A DNA stretch of 64,000 nt from Eledone cirrhosa (GCA_964016885.1 OZ024740.1:74958001-75022000), one strand, 5' to 3'; counted from the stretch's first letter, positions 14,521-30,060 are shown. The notes: generated by a model from the sequence alone, not told the origin. Program-made: numbers and translations.

Positions 14521-16192
14521 AAGAAGTGTAACGTATAAAGATGTATCTAAAGATAAATCATCCGGTCTTATTGAACAATGTGTCCATGATAAACGACCCT
14601 TGCTATATTTTAGATCCTTTAATCCTCTGTTCCGAGAATATGAATCAGTCGTCACACATATGTAAACCCATATACACCGTTATACATCAACACACGTACA
14701 CCATACACATGCGTCAACGCACACATGTATAAATATAAACATATTCACACCCATTTAGATCTGTCCTATTATCAATGTTCTTTTCACAAGGGTGGTTAAT
14801 AAAATTGTTAAGATACAACTAGGGTGTCTCTAACTGGCCACACAAGTTGCTAAAAATAATAGTCAAATACCCTTTAAATTACACCCTAGCAACATGGAAA
14901 CAAAATGACTGGAATTTTGGTCACCCAAGACAGATAGCACGAAGAGAAGAGGTTATTCTCAAATCGAAGACTTGGCCTGAATACTTGTAGTAAAGTTAAC
15001 TTTGCTAAAAGCACCCACGGATCATGTGGTGTGTTAAATCGACAGTTTGACCAATTAAGTCTCTTTCCCAAGAACTCAGAACGAAAGAACCAAAGCAATC
15101 ATCACCAAACATCTCGTACGTGGCTCTAGCAATTCTGTCAATCCTCCGACCTGGACTTGTACTTTATTTTATTGACCCTGAAAGGACGAAAGGCAAAGTT
15201 AACCTCAGCGGGATTTGAACTTTGAGCTAAGAGGGTAGGGACAAATACGCTCTAACAATATCATATATTGGATTATGTAATATTGAATATGCAATAAATG
15301 TGAGATTAATGAGGTGGCCACGTCTGGAAGAAGAGCAACAACAACATACCCAAAGAACTTCTTCAGCGCAAGTAAAAGGAAACTAATTTCTGGAATCGAA
15401 TCAATTAGGTTTCTTATTACTCGACCTGCATTAGATAGCAGTCAAATCTTACTCAAACCACACTTCATAGGCTTAAAAAAGGAAGAGCGCTTTGGAAAAA
15501 TAGTCCCCGACAAACAAACGGCATGCTGGGAGCCACAACACAAGTGTTCTAATCACACGCCGGTGAGAATTTTTCCTTTGAATTGGCAATATCGGTAGAG
15601 GGTCGGACGCCATGCTTTGATGCATAGAGTTACGGCACTTGCCATTCTGAGTTCAAATCCCGCCGACGTTAACTTTGTCTTTCATCCTTACGGGATCGAT
15701 AAAATAAAGTACCAGTAATGTACTGGGTAATTGCTGGCCTTGTGCCAATAGTAGAAACAATTATTTTTAGTTTCACAAACAACAAACCCAGATTCCTAAA
15801 TACCTTGAGCTCTGGGTGATTCAAGAACTAATGGAAAGACAGATTTGAATTCAAATTTATGTGTGCCTGTGTATTTGTGTGGTATAGATCTGTGTTTTTG
15901 TGTATGGTTGGGTGTTTGGAGGGATATCAGGGTGTATGTCTGTTTGTTGGTATAAGTTTGACTACATTGAGTATGTGTGTCTGAATGAACGAGTATGTGT
16001 GCATTGTAGTGAGTGCACGTGTGTTTGTGTATGTGTGTGTGTATGCGTGCGCGTAAGGTGTTTCTGAAAGAACATAGAGAACAAACACAAAAAAAGAAAG
16101 AAAGAAAGAAAGAGAGGATTAGAGATGTCTCGAGTGAATATCTGAGAGAGAAAAAGCGACAGGGAAACAGAGATTAATTTATGAAGCGATTT

Positions 16193-16230
<38 letters not shown>

Positions 16231-16754
16231 ACACATACATATATATATATATATAGAGAGAGAGAGACGGGGAGAGAGACGAGGAGAGAGAGACGAGGAG
16301 AGAGAGAGAGAGTGAGATGCATGAGCGCTAAAATAGCATGAATAATTCAAACTAAACATTAACTGCACTAAACATCCAGCTAATCTAGAATGGAAAGCTA
16401 TGGGCAATGACCTAGCCGGGCAGATCTATTAAAAATATTGCACGTGTGAATTGAGTGTGACACCATGTATGTTCGTTTCTCTATATATGCATACATTTTT
16501 CATATGTGTGTCTGTGAATGTGTATGTGAATGTGTTTGTGTAGATACACACATACACATAGACACACACACAAACACAGGGACACAGACACACTCACACA
16601 GACACACACATACACATACACAAACACAGAGACACAGATACACAGAGACACAGATACACACAGACGCTCTTATCTTTCTGTGCAGCCTTTGCATCTCGTC
16701 TGCTTATTTGCTTCTTGAAATCTTTCTTTAAATGCGTATCGGTAAGATCTAGAA

Positions 16755-16816
<62 letters not shown>

Positions 16817-17345
16817 CTGAATACGTCTGTAACATTTCATATATTTGTATGTGTGTACTTGTGTTTGCGTGTGTATATATATGTGTATATATATGTGTGT
16901 GTGCACATGTGTGTGTGTACACATGTGCCTGTGTATGTGTGTGTATATGTGAATGTATTTAAATGTGTGTACATATGTGTGCATGAATGCATGTATATGT
17001 GTGCGTGTATTCCTATGTGTTTGAAGGCGAGTGGGTTAGTAGTTAGAATATTAAGCTAAAGATCGTAAGGTTGGGAATTCGATTCCTGCAAGACACTTTA
17101 TAAACCGTTGCACCAGTCCACCCAACGAGTAAAAATGAGTTGTTCCTAAAGTTGAAAGGGCTTGCTTTGTTACACATTGTGTCACTTTGAATCTCTCTGA
17201 GAATCACTTTAAAGGGACACATATCAATGGAATACTCAGCCTCTTGCACGTTAATTTCACTAGCATGTCGGAACTGACAATGGTCTGATAATTTTTTTAC
17301 ACGTCATCAAAGCCATCGGGGGTCCAGCACCCACCCACCTACCCA

Positions 17346-17426
<81 letters not shown>

Positions 17427-20169
17427 TTCAATGGCTTTCAAATCCAAATATTCATGCGAAGAAGGGCGGTGGATTGGCAGTGTCGGCAGAGCGTCGGGCA
17501 ACATGCTTTATACCATAAATCGACCCAAGTGCATTACTGGCTTCTTTACGATTTGAGTTCAAATCCCGCCGAGGTTAGCTTCGCCTTTCATCCATACAGG
17601 GTTGATAAAAGAAAGTACCAGCAATGCACTTGGGTCGATTTAAACGAATTTCCCCTCCGTCAAAATGTGCTGGCATTATGCCTAAATCAGAAACCAATAT
17701 TCATGCGAAGAGATATACATAATAACAGATATCATGTTTGTGGTCTCAGTAAGGTTAAACAATTTTGTAGGTTCAAATTTTCACTTTTAGTTGTATATGG
17801 TTACAAACAGGACAAAACAAAAACATATAAAAAGGCTGGGGTGGAAGGTGGTGAAGAGAAAAATAAAAAAGGAGGGGGTAGAAGTGGTCTAAGTCTTGTC
17901 TAAATCCTGTCTCAAGCCAGGAAGCTCGTCATGTCGATGCTTATCCCAGTTTCGTGCCGTGAAGCGACTGAGAGTACACCCCACTGGATAGGACGCCAGT
18001 CCATCGCATGGCTAAACCTCCAGCTATTGCTGGTACTCATTTTCAGTTGAGTATACTGGAGAAACTTGAAATGAATTGTTTTACTCAAGAACACTGCACA
18101 CAAACCAGCCCATGAATCGAAATCACGACATTATGATCGTAAGTCCAACACTCTTACCACTATGGCACGTTTCTCCACAGAAGTGGGTAGAAGTGGCGAA
18201 GGGGAATATATGGTGGTATATTTCAGTTGTGCCCCATGCAGACAAGATAGCGAAATCATTGCAGCGGAAAACAGCCAGCGATACTCACTGCATCAACCAT
18301 TCCACTTCACGGCCTCATTTCTCAGACGAGATATCCTCCTCTAAATCTTGCGAAGAAAAATGTCAGTGAAGGGGCTGAAGATACCAGAGGTCTCAATAGC
18401 AACCGGCATAACATGTTAGATATCAGTGAAATCTGGCTGTTTGGATATCAATTTAGTGTTTGTGGTTTCTTCACAGATAATTGAGATACAAGTAATCTGG
18501 AAAGAACAACAACAGCAGCCAGCATCATCATCAGCATCAGAAGCAGCAGCACCACACCCCCACCACCACCAACAACAACAATAATAATAACATCTGCAGC
18601 AAGCGTCACTACCACTACCACTACAATCACCATAAACACCACCACCACCAACATCACTACATTAAAAAGAAAAAGAAGAAGTGCCATCACTACCACCACC
18701 ACAAGAAGAAGAAGAAGAAGAAGAAGAAGAAGAAGAAGAAGAAGAAGAAGAAGAAGAAGAAGAAGAAGAAGAAGAAGAACAAAAACAACAACGTCAACAA
18801 CTAAAACCAAAACCAAAACAAGTCTCCCAGAAGAGAGAAGAGATATAGTGTGATATTGTGCAAAATGTTAACGTCACTTAGATAACACACATAGATAAAG
18901 TCAATGAGGGAATCTCTATATGCTTGTTGGTAACAGATGTTAATAATGATAATGATGTTGATGCTGATGCTGAGGAAGAGGAGGTGGGGAGAAGGAGGGG
19001 AAAGTGGTGGTGGCTGACGTGGATTCCCCCCTCAATATCTTAAACCGTTATTTCTCATTTATTTAAATACTTCCTTGTTGCCAGGTCTTTTGCTAAGATA
19101 CTTTGGTCATAATCTAAATATAGCTTTCGTGTGTTTAAAATATTGACGCAGTTGAGCAGTTAAATAACCATCACCGTATCGATTCATTAATTACAGGTAC
19201 CTTTACACACACACACACACACACATACACACACACACATATATACACACATGCATACACAAAAATACCTCCACATTCAGATAAATGTTCATACAACCAC
19301 AAACAGACACATACACACAAGTAAACAAATCTACGCACATACATTTACGAAAACACACACACATACACAAACAACCAAAACCACACACATACGTATATGC
19401 ACATCAGCACACAAGCACACAAGCACACACGCACACATATATCCACACACATACATACACACAACTACAAAACATACAAACAAACAAACACACACACACA
19501 CATACACACATACACACAGAGACACACGCGCGCACGCACACACACACACACACACACACACAAGTAAACAAATCTACACACAAACACACATGTATACAAA
19601 AAAGAAGGGAACTGCTTGTGGCATTTTTCAGGGCCGCTGTGACTGGTGAGAGTGAAAGAGGTAGGTATCTTCAAAATTGAGAGTTTAGTTGTTTCGAATA
19701 CAGCAACAGACTAGACTTCACTAAAAGCAACCATGGACCAAGTTGTTGGTGTTAAACTGGGCGACAGAATTATGTCTATATTCAATCCAGGGCCTTTTCA
19801 CTCCTACCAGAGGAACCCCTCCTTGATTGACCTTCACCGTTTTCTATTTTGGTTTTTAGCCATGTCAGGGATGTAGTCGTACTTACCACGCTTGGCCAAT
19901 TGCAGGTTGGTGAGGCTATTTAACTCATAACTGGGTTAACTCATTTCTACAGCTGAGTGAACTGGAGTAACGTGAAATAAAGTGTTTTGCTCAAGAACAC
20001 ATCGCAAAGCCCGGTCAGAGAATCGAACTCACAACCTCAGGATTGTAAGACCGACGCACTAACCACTAAGCCATGCGCCTTCACTATGTCTATATCTGTA
20101 TACATTTGTATATTGCATGTCTATATACAAATATTTAAATACAAATAAATCTGCAACCACCACAACATA

Positions 20170-20775
20170 TAATTGTTTTTACATTTTGGTACAAAGCCAG
20201 CAATTTGAAGGGAAGCGGAAAATCAGTTAATCGACTCTTATTTTATCGACCTAGTAAAGATGAAAAGCAAAGTTAACCTCGGCGGGATTTGAACTCAGAA
20301 CGTAACAGGCCTTAACTATATGCGGCATTGCATATTGCCCGACGCTCTACCGATACTGCCAATCAACATCTAATAATTATTTTTATTTTTGGCCCAAGTT
20401 GAAGGACGATGAAAGTCGATTAAATTGACCCTAGGGCGTTACTGGTACTATATTTTATCAACCCCCTAAGGATGGAAGGCAAAGCTAAACTCGGTGGGAT
20501 TTGAACCCAAGACATAAATGGACGTGACTATATGCTACAAAGCATGTTGTCTGACACTACCTATACAGCCAATCCTGCTTACATGTAATAATTGTTTCTA
20601 CTTTTGGCACAAGGCCAGCAATTATTCCAGTGCATTACTGGTGCTTTATTTTATTGACCCTCTAAGGATGAAAGGCACAGTTTACCTCGGCGGGATTTGA
20701 ACTCTAAAGGGACGTAACTATACTGGAAAGCATGGCGTCCGACCCTCTCCCGATACTGCCAATCCACCGCCCTTT
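20170..20775 (-). mobile_element. Three tandem Meta/MESC-type SINE copies
   Basis: Repeated ttttatcgaccc..aaggatgaaaggcaaagttaacctcggcgggatttgaactc blocks at about 200-bp spacing. Confidence 0.8.
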
Positions 20776-20868
20776 GCCAGTTGTGTGAAGATTTCTTAAA
20801 GACGCACCTTCCGCTGAGAGCGTTCAACTAGAAATGTTAAGAATGATTAACAATGGACGTTAGGCGGT

Positions 20869-20981
20869 TGATTATACACAATATCAATTATACACAATAT
20901 CAATTATACACAATATCAATTATACACAATATCAATTATACACAATGATAATTATACGCAATGTCTATTATGCACAATGTC
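20869..20981. repeat. 16-bp tandem repeat (attatacacaatatca), ~7 copies
   Basis: Seen directly; decays toward the right. Confidence 0.85.
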
Positions 20982-21813
20982 AGTTGTTGAAGGGAAGAAA
21001 TAGTATCCAATCAAACCCAGTATATTATTTAGTATTTATATTATGGATCCCAGAAAGACGAATTACATACTTCAGTCTGGGCAAGATGTGACTATCCAAC
21101 CTTCATCGCAAGGCATCTTATTCGATGATCTGACAATTCGCCAGTATACCGACCCGGATTGGTACTTTATATGATCAACTTTGACAGAGTGAAAAGCAAA
21201 ATTAGCCTCGGCGAGATTTGAACTCAGGACGCAGAGAACCAGAACAAGTATCCCAAAGCATGTTGTCCGATGCTCTAATGATTATACCAATTCGCCACCC
21301 AATTGAAAACTAGGAATATACTTACAATCATGAGTATATTTCCAGAAATATTGGTAAAGAAAAGAAAACTTATGCCATAGCAAAAACAATAAAAAGAACG
21401 CCAGAGGAATCAGTGAAATATATCTGCTGGTAAAGTTTCAAACATATGGGGAAGTTAATAATGTCAGGCGACGCAGGAAAAATTGTGAAGTAGAAAAATG
21501 ATAAACCAGCGGAGTGATGAAACAACTAAATATTGTTAAATTTACGGGAAATTTGGAAAGCTAGGGAAATATTGGGGAAATTAAGGTCTGTGACATTAAA
21601 TACTGGTAAAATAAGAAAAGGTTGGTAAAACCAATGATAAAATATCACAAGTGCAGTAAAACTAATGCGTACGTGAGTGTACATGTGTGTTTTTGTGTGT
21701 TTGTGTGTATGTATATATATATATATATAAAAGGTAAACAGAAATAACAACACAATCGGTATAGTATGTGGAAGGGATATATTAGGTTAATGCTTGATAT
21801 AGCAGGAAGAGGG

Positions 21814-21849
21814 TCTTAATGTTTCGGACGCTAGTCCTTCATCAGAAGA
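21814..21849 (-). ncRNA. Minimal hammerhead ribozyme (family B)
   Basis: Reverse complement tctt-CTGATGA-a-ggac-tagc-gtcc-GAAA-catt-aaga. Stem I tctt/aaga, stem II ggac/gtcc. Element 21727-21850 is homologous to 61997-62114. Confidence 0.65.
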
Positions 21850-21941
21850 AACTATGAGAAATAAGATAGATTGAGGGGACGGGCGGGTTGGAATTGGAAA
21901 AAATGTCTTTAGATAAAAATAGCAGGTCCAATATATATATA

Positions 21942-22200
21942 GGCGTGTGGCTGAGGGGTTAGGGTATTCAGTTGACGATCGTAAGGGCTCGAGTTCGATT
22001 CCCAGCAGTGCATTGTGTTCTTGAGCAAGAATGCGTTGTACTTGTAATTCAAAGTGCCAGTCTTGTTCCATTCTGTGTCATGCTGAATCTCCCTGAGAAT
22101 TACGTCAACGGTACACGTGTATGTGGAATGTTCAGTCACTTACACGCTATTTTCAGGAGCAGGCTGTTCCGTTGATTGAATCAACTGGAACACTTGTCTC
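21942..22200 (+). mobile_element. Second tRNA-derived SINE family (CORE-like gtgttcttgagcaaga domain)
   Basis: tRNA-like head ggcgtgtggctgaggggttaggg...gagttcgattccc, then gtgttcttgagcaaga. Relatives at 17025-17270(+), 17930-18172(-), 19940-20085(-), 29055-29240(+) and 48255-48405(-). Confidence 0.7.
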
Positions 22201-25200
22201 TACTTGTCTAAATTCCTAGTACATTAGCTATTTCAGTGAAAATGATAATGTAAAATACAGTTTACTGGCGAAACGCCTTGATGCGATGGATGTCACGATG
22301 CGATGTCAATTTTATTGTTAGAGACGTTATACATTTGTCACTACTGTTTGAATGTGAAACATCACGTTTTTCTACCTCGAGAGTATAGGGCACATTGCCT
22401 AATCGAGATCAGGTCTAATCTGTATTACTCATAAGTTAAGAATCAATCAATGAACTAACTATTACACCACACCTGCACAACCCCAATTGTTTAATACATA
22501 ACTCTACATCTAGAGTATCAATTGCTATAAAATGAAAACATTCCGCAATGGAATACTCTGAGTGATGTTCAGAAATTTTCTCTTGCCGTTATTTTGACTG
22601 GTTTGAATCTATTTCCAGTTACTTCTGTTATATAATCCTTTCCCTACCATTTTTGCACTTGTTTAACTTCAAATATATAGAAAACAGATTCTGTTTTCAG
22701 GAAGGTTATGAGTTATTCATGCGTGGTGTTGCGGGAGAATATGAACTATTTTCTAACTATAGGTATTGGAATGTTACAGACAAACCTTTTTCTTTTTACA
22801 CTTCTTTTATTTTATTTTATATTAACAAATATTCGCTCCCTCTCTTTTATTAATATCTTATGCACTTTCTCCCCTTTTCCTTTATTTTAGTTCTCAAGAT
22901 GTATGTTGTCCTGTATTTTTTATGTTATCTTGCATTGAAACTTATTTTTACGTACATTATATATAGAGTTATCTGGTGGAGATGGATCTTATATCCCAAC
23001 AGTATCGTCTTTATAGTTTAGAAGGTAAAGAAATTGATCTCTGAAATACAACAAGGAAAGCTTTAATGGAATAAAAAAGTTTTTTTCCAGAGATGTGACA
23101 TAATCATATCGAAAGACTCAACTTCTGTCGATGTGAGAGTATTAATAAATTAACATGTGGTGTGATAATTACTCTAATTTTAAGGACATACATTAGCAAT
23201 TATCAATTTAGTAACTTACTGAAAATAGAAAGAGGCGGCTATATTGTGGCATTAAACACAGCTTCTAAGATTAACTTCAAATTATTTTGATTTTAATCTG
23301 ATTAAAACGGCCCTAAGGATATTGTAATCTAAAGAGCATTGAAATAACTAACTTTGAAGGAATCTAAATAATTCTTGCTGAGAGGAAATATGGAAATTTA
23401 ACAGGAACTTTAGTGTATAAGATTATTTCCAGCGATAAGAATCTTGACATATGAGTAGCACTTTCAACCGTGAGATTTACCATTGGTATTTACTAAATAC
23501 CAAAGATTTTAGATATATTTGCCCGTGTCATCATTTTATTTATCAACGTAAATTTTCACAATTTTTTATTTCTTTCCTACGATTGTAATATGTCAGTAAT
23601 GGATCAATATATCTACTTTCTTAAATTAGTGCATATCGTTGAAGTACAAATTAATTGCCAAATAGTATATGGAACTAATCTAAATTTCTGCAGAACAAAG
23701 ATTTCCGATATGATGAAATCTTAATATTAGCTACTCTATAAAACTCGAAACCAAACAATAGTTTGTTAAATGGCATAACGCTTTAGATTGAGAATAATTG
23801 ATATAAGCTGTTTCTATTTTGGGACTGAGGCCAGCAATTTGCAGAGAACGGGAAAGTTGGTTAAATCGACACAAGTGCGTTACTAGTATTTTATTTTGTC
23901 GACGTTGTAAGATTGAAAGGCAAAGATAACCTCGTGGGGATTTGAACTCAGAGAGTAAAGGCTGTAACTATATGTCACAGAGCATGTTGACTGACGTTCT
24001 CCTGATACGACCAATCCAACGCCCTAAAATATTTGATACTCTCTAGAAGTAATAATGTATATCTTTGAAATGACTTTGCTCTTAAACAGATTAGTAGTTT
24101 AATATATTTCTTGTGAATTACGAATATTAAACAATAGAAAGGTAATCCCTCAAACAATTTTATCGAAGTCACTCGGTCAACCACAGTCATGACTTTATCC
24201 CATAATTAAACTTGACTTATAATTAGTGACATATAATTATAGTCAATCCTATTTTTTTTAATAAGATGCTGTAAAAGAGAGAGCAGTGTTTATGAGGTTT
24301 ACAGGCCTTTTAAAACAGTGAGGTTAATGTGTGGAATCATGCCCAGTTTGACTGTTCATAGATTGGAGATTGAAGGAAAGGAAGAGAATCCCAGTGCATT
24401 GCAGGATTGGGTGAAAGTGTTTAGTAATAGAGCTCAGATATGAGACACAATAGGATTGATAGCTGGAGAATGAAAAGGAGCATCAATTGAGCTTAAATTG
24501 GGGCTTTATATAGCTTTCTAGTTGTAGGGGATCGCTAACATTCGTGTTAGTAATCAATGTGTATTTTAGCCATCTGTCGGATAACAATAATTTGTATAAA
24601 TGTGATTAAGGATATTCGTGTGTGCGTGTGTGTATATGTGTGTGTATGTATGTATATGTCTGTATGTGTGTATGCATGTGTATGTATGTGCATGTGTGTG
24701 TGTGTGTGTGTGTGCGTGCGTGCGTGTGTGTGTGTGTATGTGTGTGTGTGTTGTAGCAACGCCATTGCAAATATGGGAATTATGGCGATGTGGGTAGAAC
24801 TTTGTTGAGTGTCAACAACCGATCCGCACTGAAGTATTTTGTTGATCAAGCAAAGAAGTTTAGTTTTAAAGAAGAATGTTTTGGAATGTTATATATGTGA
24901 GGTGGCAACGAGAGTTCCTCAAAGATACATTATTTATAACGATTTTAATGGGACTTTTGTATTGTTCAGGACTAGAGAGTGTAGTGATTTGGTATAACTT
25001 ACAATTAAAAACATTATGGTTAAATCGTTTCCAATACGTGATCGATAATAGAAACAGATACCTTACTTTGAAGGAGAAGCGGTACTTCCCAGTAACATTA
25101 ATTAGTAGCAAACCGATTAAACTAAATGTGAAGGGTGGTGGACTTAACCATGTGTGGTAGACATAATCTTGGGTGGTAGACTTAATATTTGGTGATAAAT

Positions 25201-25358
25201 GTAATGATGGGTGGTAGGCTTGATCAGTCATCGGGCTAAACACCGCCATTTGGTATAGGCTCCCTTGTTGGCCCGATGTTGTTGGTGGTTTAGAGATTAT
25301 GTTGATGGAGTTGTGATAGATTTGTTGTTTAGCACTAGGTTAAAACTGATCGTGTAGA

Positions 25359-25545
25359 CAAGTGGTTTCCAAAGTGTGTTCTGCGGAACCTAAGGGTTCC
25401 GCAAAGGAGTATCTGGGATCCAGTGAAAAAAGGTAGAGGAGTATATTTATATCACGACCATATAACAGTATTAGACTTTGGGGTTTCCCCAAAAGTTTCT
25501 GAACCGAAAAGGGTCTGTGTTTGAAAAAATGTTGGGAAACCCAGG
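25359..25545. mobile_element. Degenerate hAT-type MITE
   Basis: caagtggtttccaaa...gggttccgc...ttgggaaacccagg resembles cagtggttcccaa hAT TIRs. Confidence 0.45.
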
Positions 25546-25739
25546 TTTAGAACGATAATTAAAGGCATTCCAGCCATGAAGATCCTGACTTTTTCCCCAT
25601 GTCGTATTGATCCTCGGATCGCATGCAATGCGTACATTTTTTTAAAGACGGTAGAATATATTCTGAGTGCGTGTTGGTTGCTATTTCTAGAATGTCAAGC
25701 AACAACGGAGACGCTTATTTACTAACATATATAGTAAAT

Positions 25740-25930
25740 GGCGGTGGATAGGCAGTATCGGTAGAGGGTCGGACGCCATGCTTTGCAGCAAAGAGTTATG
25801 GCCGTTTATGGTCTGAGTTCAAATCCCGCCGAGGTTAACTTTGCCTTTCATCCTTACGAGGTCGATAAAATAAAGTACCAGTAATACACTGGGATAATTG
25901 CTGGACTGGTGCCAAAAGTAGAAACAATAT
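25740..25930 (+). mobile_element. Full-length tRNA-derived Meta/MESC-type SINE
   Basis: ggcggtggataggcagtatcggtagagggtcggacg (A-box-like) ... gagttcaaatcccgccgagg ... aagtaccagtaatacactgg ... gtgccaaaagtagaaacaat. Confidence 0.8.
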
Positions 25931-26344
25931 ATAGTAAATGATAGAATGTGTGTAAGTGAGAATGTTCAAAGACTATTTGTAATTTCATAGTCTTGGTGGT
26001 AAAAACGGGTGAAGCAAAACTCAACACAAGTAAAGTGATGTTTATATTATTATGTCCATGAAGTTGCGGCTTCTGGAGTTACTGTACAGCATATTGTTCC
26101 GCATGGCACACGAACGCTATGATTAGTCAAAACTGTTCCAAAAACTTTTATTTAGATTCTCGGAGGGGAGGTAAAATGTTCCGAAGTTCTTTCATTCATA
26201 CCAGAAATTAACATTCTGTGAACGACATTATCTATACCCGGCATGTGTCTTTGTTTTGTCCCCTTTTCTTGTGCGCCCTTGTGGCTAATAAAGAAATATA
26301 TCTATCTACTTATCTATCTGTCTGTTTGCCTATATATCTATCCC

Positions 26345-26434
<90 letters not shown>

Positions 26435-26533
26435 CAGGGTGTCCCAAAACATGTATACACACTTTGATTACCTGCACAGGCAATATTTATTAGGACACTG
26501 TTGAAGTATGTATACATTTTTTGGGACACCCTG
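26435..26533. mobile_element. 99-bp Tc1/mariner-type MITE
   Basis: TIRs cagggtgtcccaaaa...ttttgggacaccctg with TA on both sides. Confidence 0.8.
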
Positions 26534-26748
26534 TATATATAATTGTTTCTACAATTAACACAAGGCCAGCAATTTCGTAGGGAAGGGAAAAGTTGATTAA
26601 GTTAACCTCAGTGCATTACAGGTACTTTATTTTATTGACCTCGTAAGGATGAAAGACAAAGTTAACCTCGGCGAGATTTAAACTCAGAACGTAAAGAGTC
26701 ATAACTCTATGCTGCATAGCATAGTGTCTGATGCTCTACCGACATTGC

Positions 26749-26877
<129 letters not shown>

Positions 26878-26879
26878 AA

Positions 26880-27253
26880 CAGTGAATCTTCGCTAATCCG
26901 GACGGTCAAAACCAAACAGTTAGAAAAAGATCCGGTTAAGTGAAATATCCGGATAAGTGAATTCTAAAATCCCATTGTTACATAATGCTCGTGGTTTCTA
27001 ACGTTTTGGCTTCTTTTAGTCAAAATAAAAGACAAATGCTAAGTAAAGAAAGTTTATTAGAATAACAAAAGGACAGCTAGAATTTATAAGAAAATTAATT
27101 AAACAAACATAAGAATAACAAAAAACTTGGTAAAACTGAATTGAGTCAAACCATAAAAAGTTAGTACTTTTTTTAAATGAATAAATAGATGTATAGAAAT
27201 AGCCGCCCGGTAAATCGAATTTCGGAAAAGCGATATCCGGATAAGCGAAGATG

Positions 27254-27258
<5 letters not shown>
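26880..27258. mobile_element. pogo/Tigger-like MITE
   Basis: TIRs cagtgaatcttcgctaatccgga / tccggataagcgaagatgcact, with internal tccggataag repeats. Confidence 0.65.
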
Positions 27259-27330
<72 letters not shown>

Positions 27331-27336
<6 letters not shown>

Positions 27337-28184
27337 TAATACATCTACCAACATATGCGTACAGATGTACACTAATACTAGTAAATATATAAGTTATGTC
27401 AAAGTACCTAGGTGGTTCAATGCAGGGGGATGCAGAACAATTATATGAAAGACGTAAAATAAGAAAATTTTAAAAATTAAAATTTAACTTACTTACTAAA
27501 ATTTTCACTCCAACTAATTAGTTTCTGTAATGGGATAAATATAGTTACACAATGTAACTATCGAGAATTCATTACGTCATCAGGGAGTCTATTCTCAGCT
27601 AAGTTCCCAGGCAATGCGCGGACACTAGGAACTCATATAAAAATAATAATTCAGTGGATGTAATAAGCTAGCGGGGACTAAATTCCATAGCACTGAAAAA
27701 GTTCACTGCCTCTGGTCAGTGGTGTATTCTAAAGAATCAATCACGTGGCACTGAGGTTAGTCAGTTAGGAGTGGGGTGGTATTATGACAAAGCCTACTAC
27801 TACTACTATGAATTAGCAGCAGATTTGGCAAGTTTGCTAAACAAATAATTTGGAGATAAATATATAGAATTAATACATCTACCAACATATGCGTACAGAT
27901 GTACACTAATACTAGTAAATATATAAATTATGTCAAAGTACCTAGGTGGTTCAATGCAGGGGGATGCAGAACAATTATATGAAAGACGTAAAATAAGAAA
28001 ATTTTAAAAATAAAAATTTAACTTACTTACTAAAATTTGATGACGTAATGATGACGTAATGAATTCTCGATAGTTACATTGTGTAACTATATTTATCCCA
28101 TTACAGAAACTAATTAGTTGGAGAGAAAATTTTAGTAAGTAAGTTAAATTTTAATTTTTAAAATTTTCTTATATTACGTCTTTC

Positions 28185-28190
<6 letters not shown>
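27331..28190 (-). mobile_element. Family C element: ~530-bp hammerhead-bearing unit, partial tandem copy and inverted partial copy, in (TA)n
   Basis: 27331-27505 is repeated directly at 27865-28038. 28039-28190 is an inverted copy of ~27445-27582 that starts inside the hammerhead core. Confidence 0.8.
27507..27588 (-). ncRNA. Hammerhead ribozyme with extended stem II (family C)
   Basis: Reverse complement actcc-CTGATGA-c-gtaatg...(atagttac/gtaactat)...cattac-a-GAAA-ctaattag-TT-ggagt. Stem I 5 bp, palindromic stem III, GUU site. Confidence 0.7.
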
Positions 28191-28275
<85 letters not shown>

Positions 28276-28593
28276 AGGAACCGAATATTATGTATTCCAC
28301 TCAGAAAACAATGAGTTACGTAATATCAATATTTTTGTAGAAATTTTAAACCCATATTCTCAAAACACACAAATATCTGTAGACATACATTTGTAATTCA
28401 AAGTTTAAGTAATGCCAAGCATTTGCCACGAAATGTCTGAACGACATTACATAGCTTATATACATGCTGTGATGCAAGGAATATCTTTTCTCGTGAACTT
28501 TTGCCATGGAAACAAGATACATATACAGAAGCACCTGTTTGCTTCCTGTCTACTTGAATGTGTGTGTATGTATGTAAATATATATATGTATAT

Positions 28594-28629
<36 letters not shown>

Positions 28630-28646
28630 GCGTATAATAAATATAT

Positions 28647-28801
<155 letters not shown>

Positions 28802-29247
28802 TTGTGTGTGTGTGTATTCGTATACAAACACACATACAGACATATATTCCTATCCAACACTATCACCACACACACCGATCATCACAAACGCCATATGCAA
28901 ATAACATTCTATTCCTTCCCTTCATCTCCCACTTGGTCTTCTTAACCCTGTTCATATAAATACTGAACTGACAAATATTATCTGGCTATGAATGAAATAT
29001 CATTAGTCCATTTAAAATATTATACACACACATATAAGCATATAAATGTGTGGGGAAGACACGTGACCTAGTGAGACTTACGAGCACAATGTAGTGTGTT
29101 CGATTCCGGTACCAGGTGGCGAGTTATGTTCTTGAGGAAAAACACTTTATTTCATATTCCTTCAGTCAAGTCAAGAGAAAGTAAGTAGCAGCAGTAGCTT
29201 GGTGTTATCCCTGCGAATGACTAACGTCTCGTTCAGGGGTGAATCTT

Positions 29248-29346
<99 letters not shown>

Positions 29347-29664
29347 GCTTAATGCCAATAAAACTAAGATAAGCGCCGACCCGATAAACCGGCGGGCTAG
29401 GAAAAAACTTAAACTTTAATATATGTATATCTATATAGTTACTTCAGTGTGGTTTCATATTATGAAAGAATGAACCCTCGATATGTAAACACAGAGTTAT
29501 CTACTTTGCAGGAGGTTTTATTTATAATTTTAAAACATATAACATTTACAGATTTTTGTTTGCACTCGTACATACAGCTTCTCATGATGGAGAATATACA
29601 CCTTCATCAACAAATCAAAAAAACTATGGAACTACTAGTTTCCTGAAACTTCAACTAATACCAT

Positions 29665-29895
<231 letters not shown>

Positions 29896-30060
29896 ATATA
29901 TATATATATATATATATAAAGAGGAAAATGTGAAGTTGTAGATGTTAGAGAATCTTTTATTAATTGAGCCGTTATATATATTTCCAAATCAAAACTATAA
30001 ATTGTTTTAGTCCGCTCCCTTCCACAATTGCCTCGGAAACATTACCTTTTACTCAATTTT

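Noticed and set aside
24250-24545. Possible CR1/Jockey LINE 3' remnant, and an APE-like IIGAFNL near 63090
   Set aside because: Similarity too weak and interrupted to call by eye.
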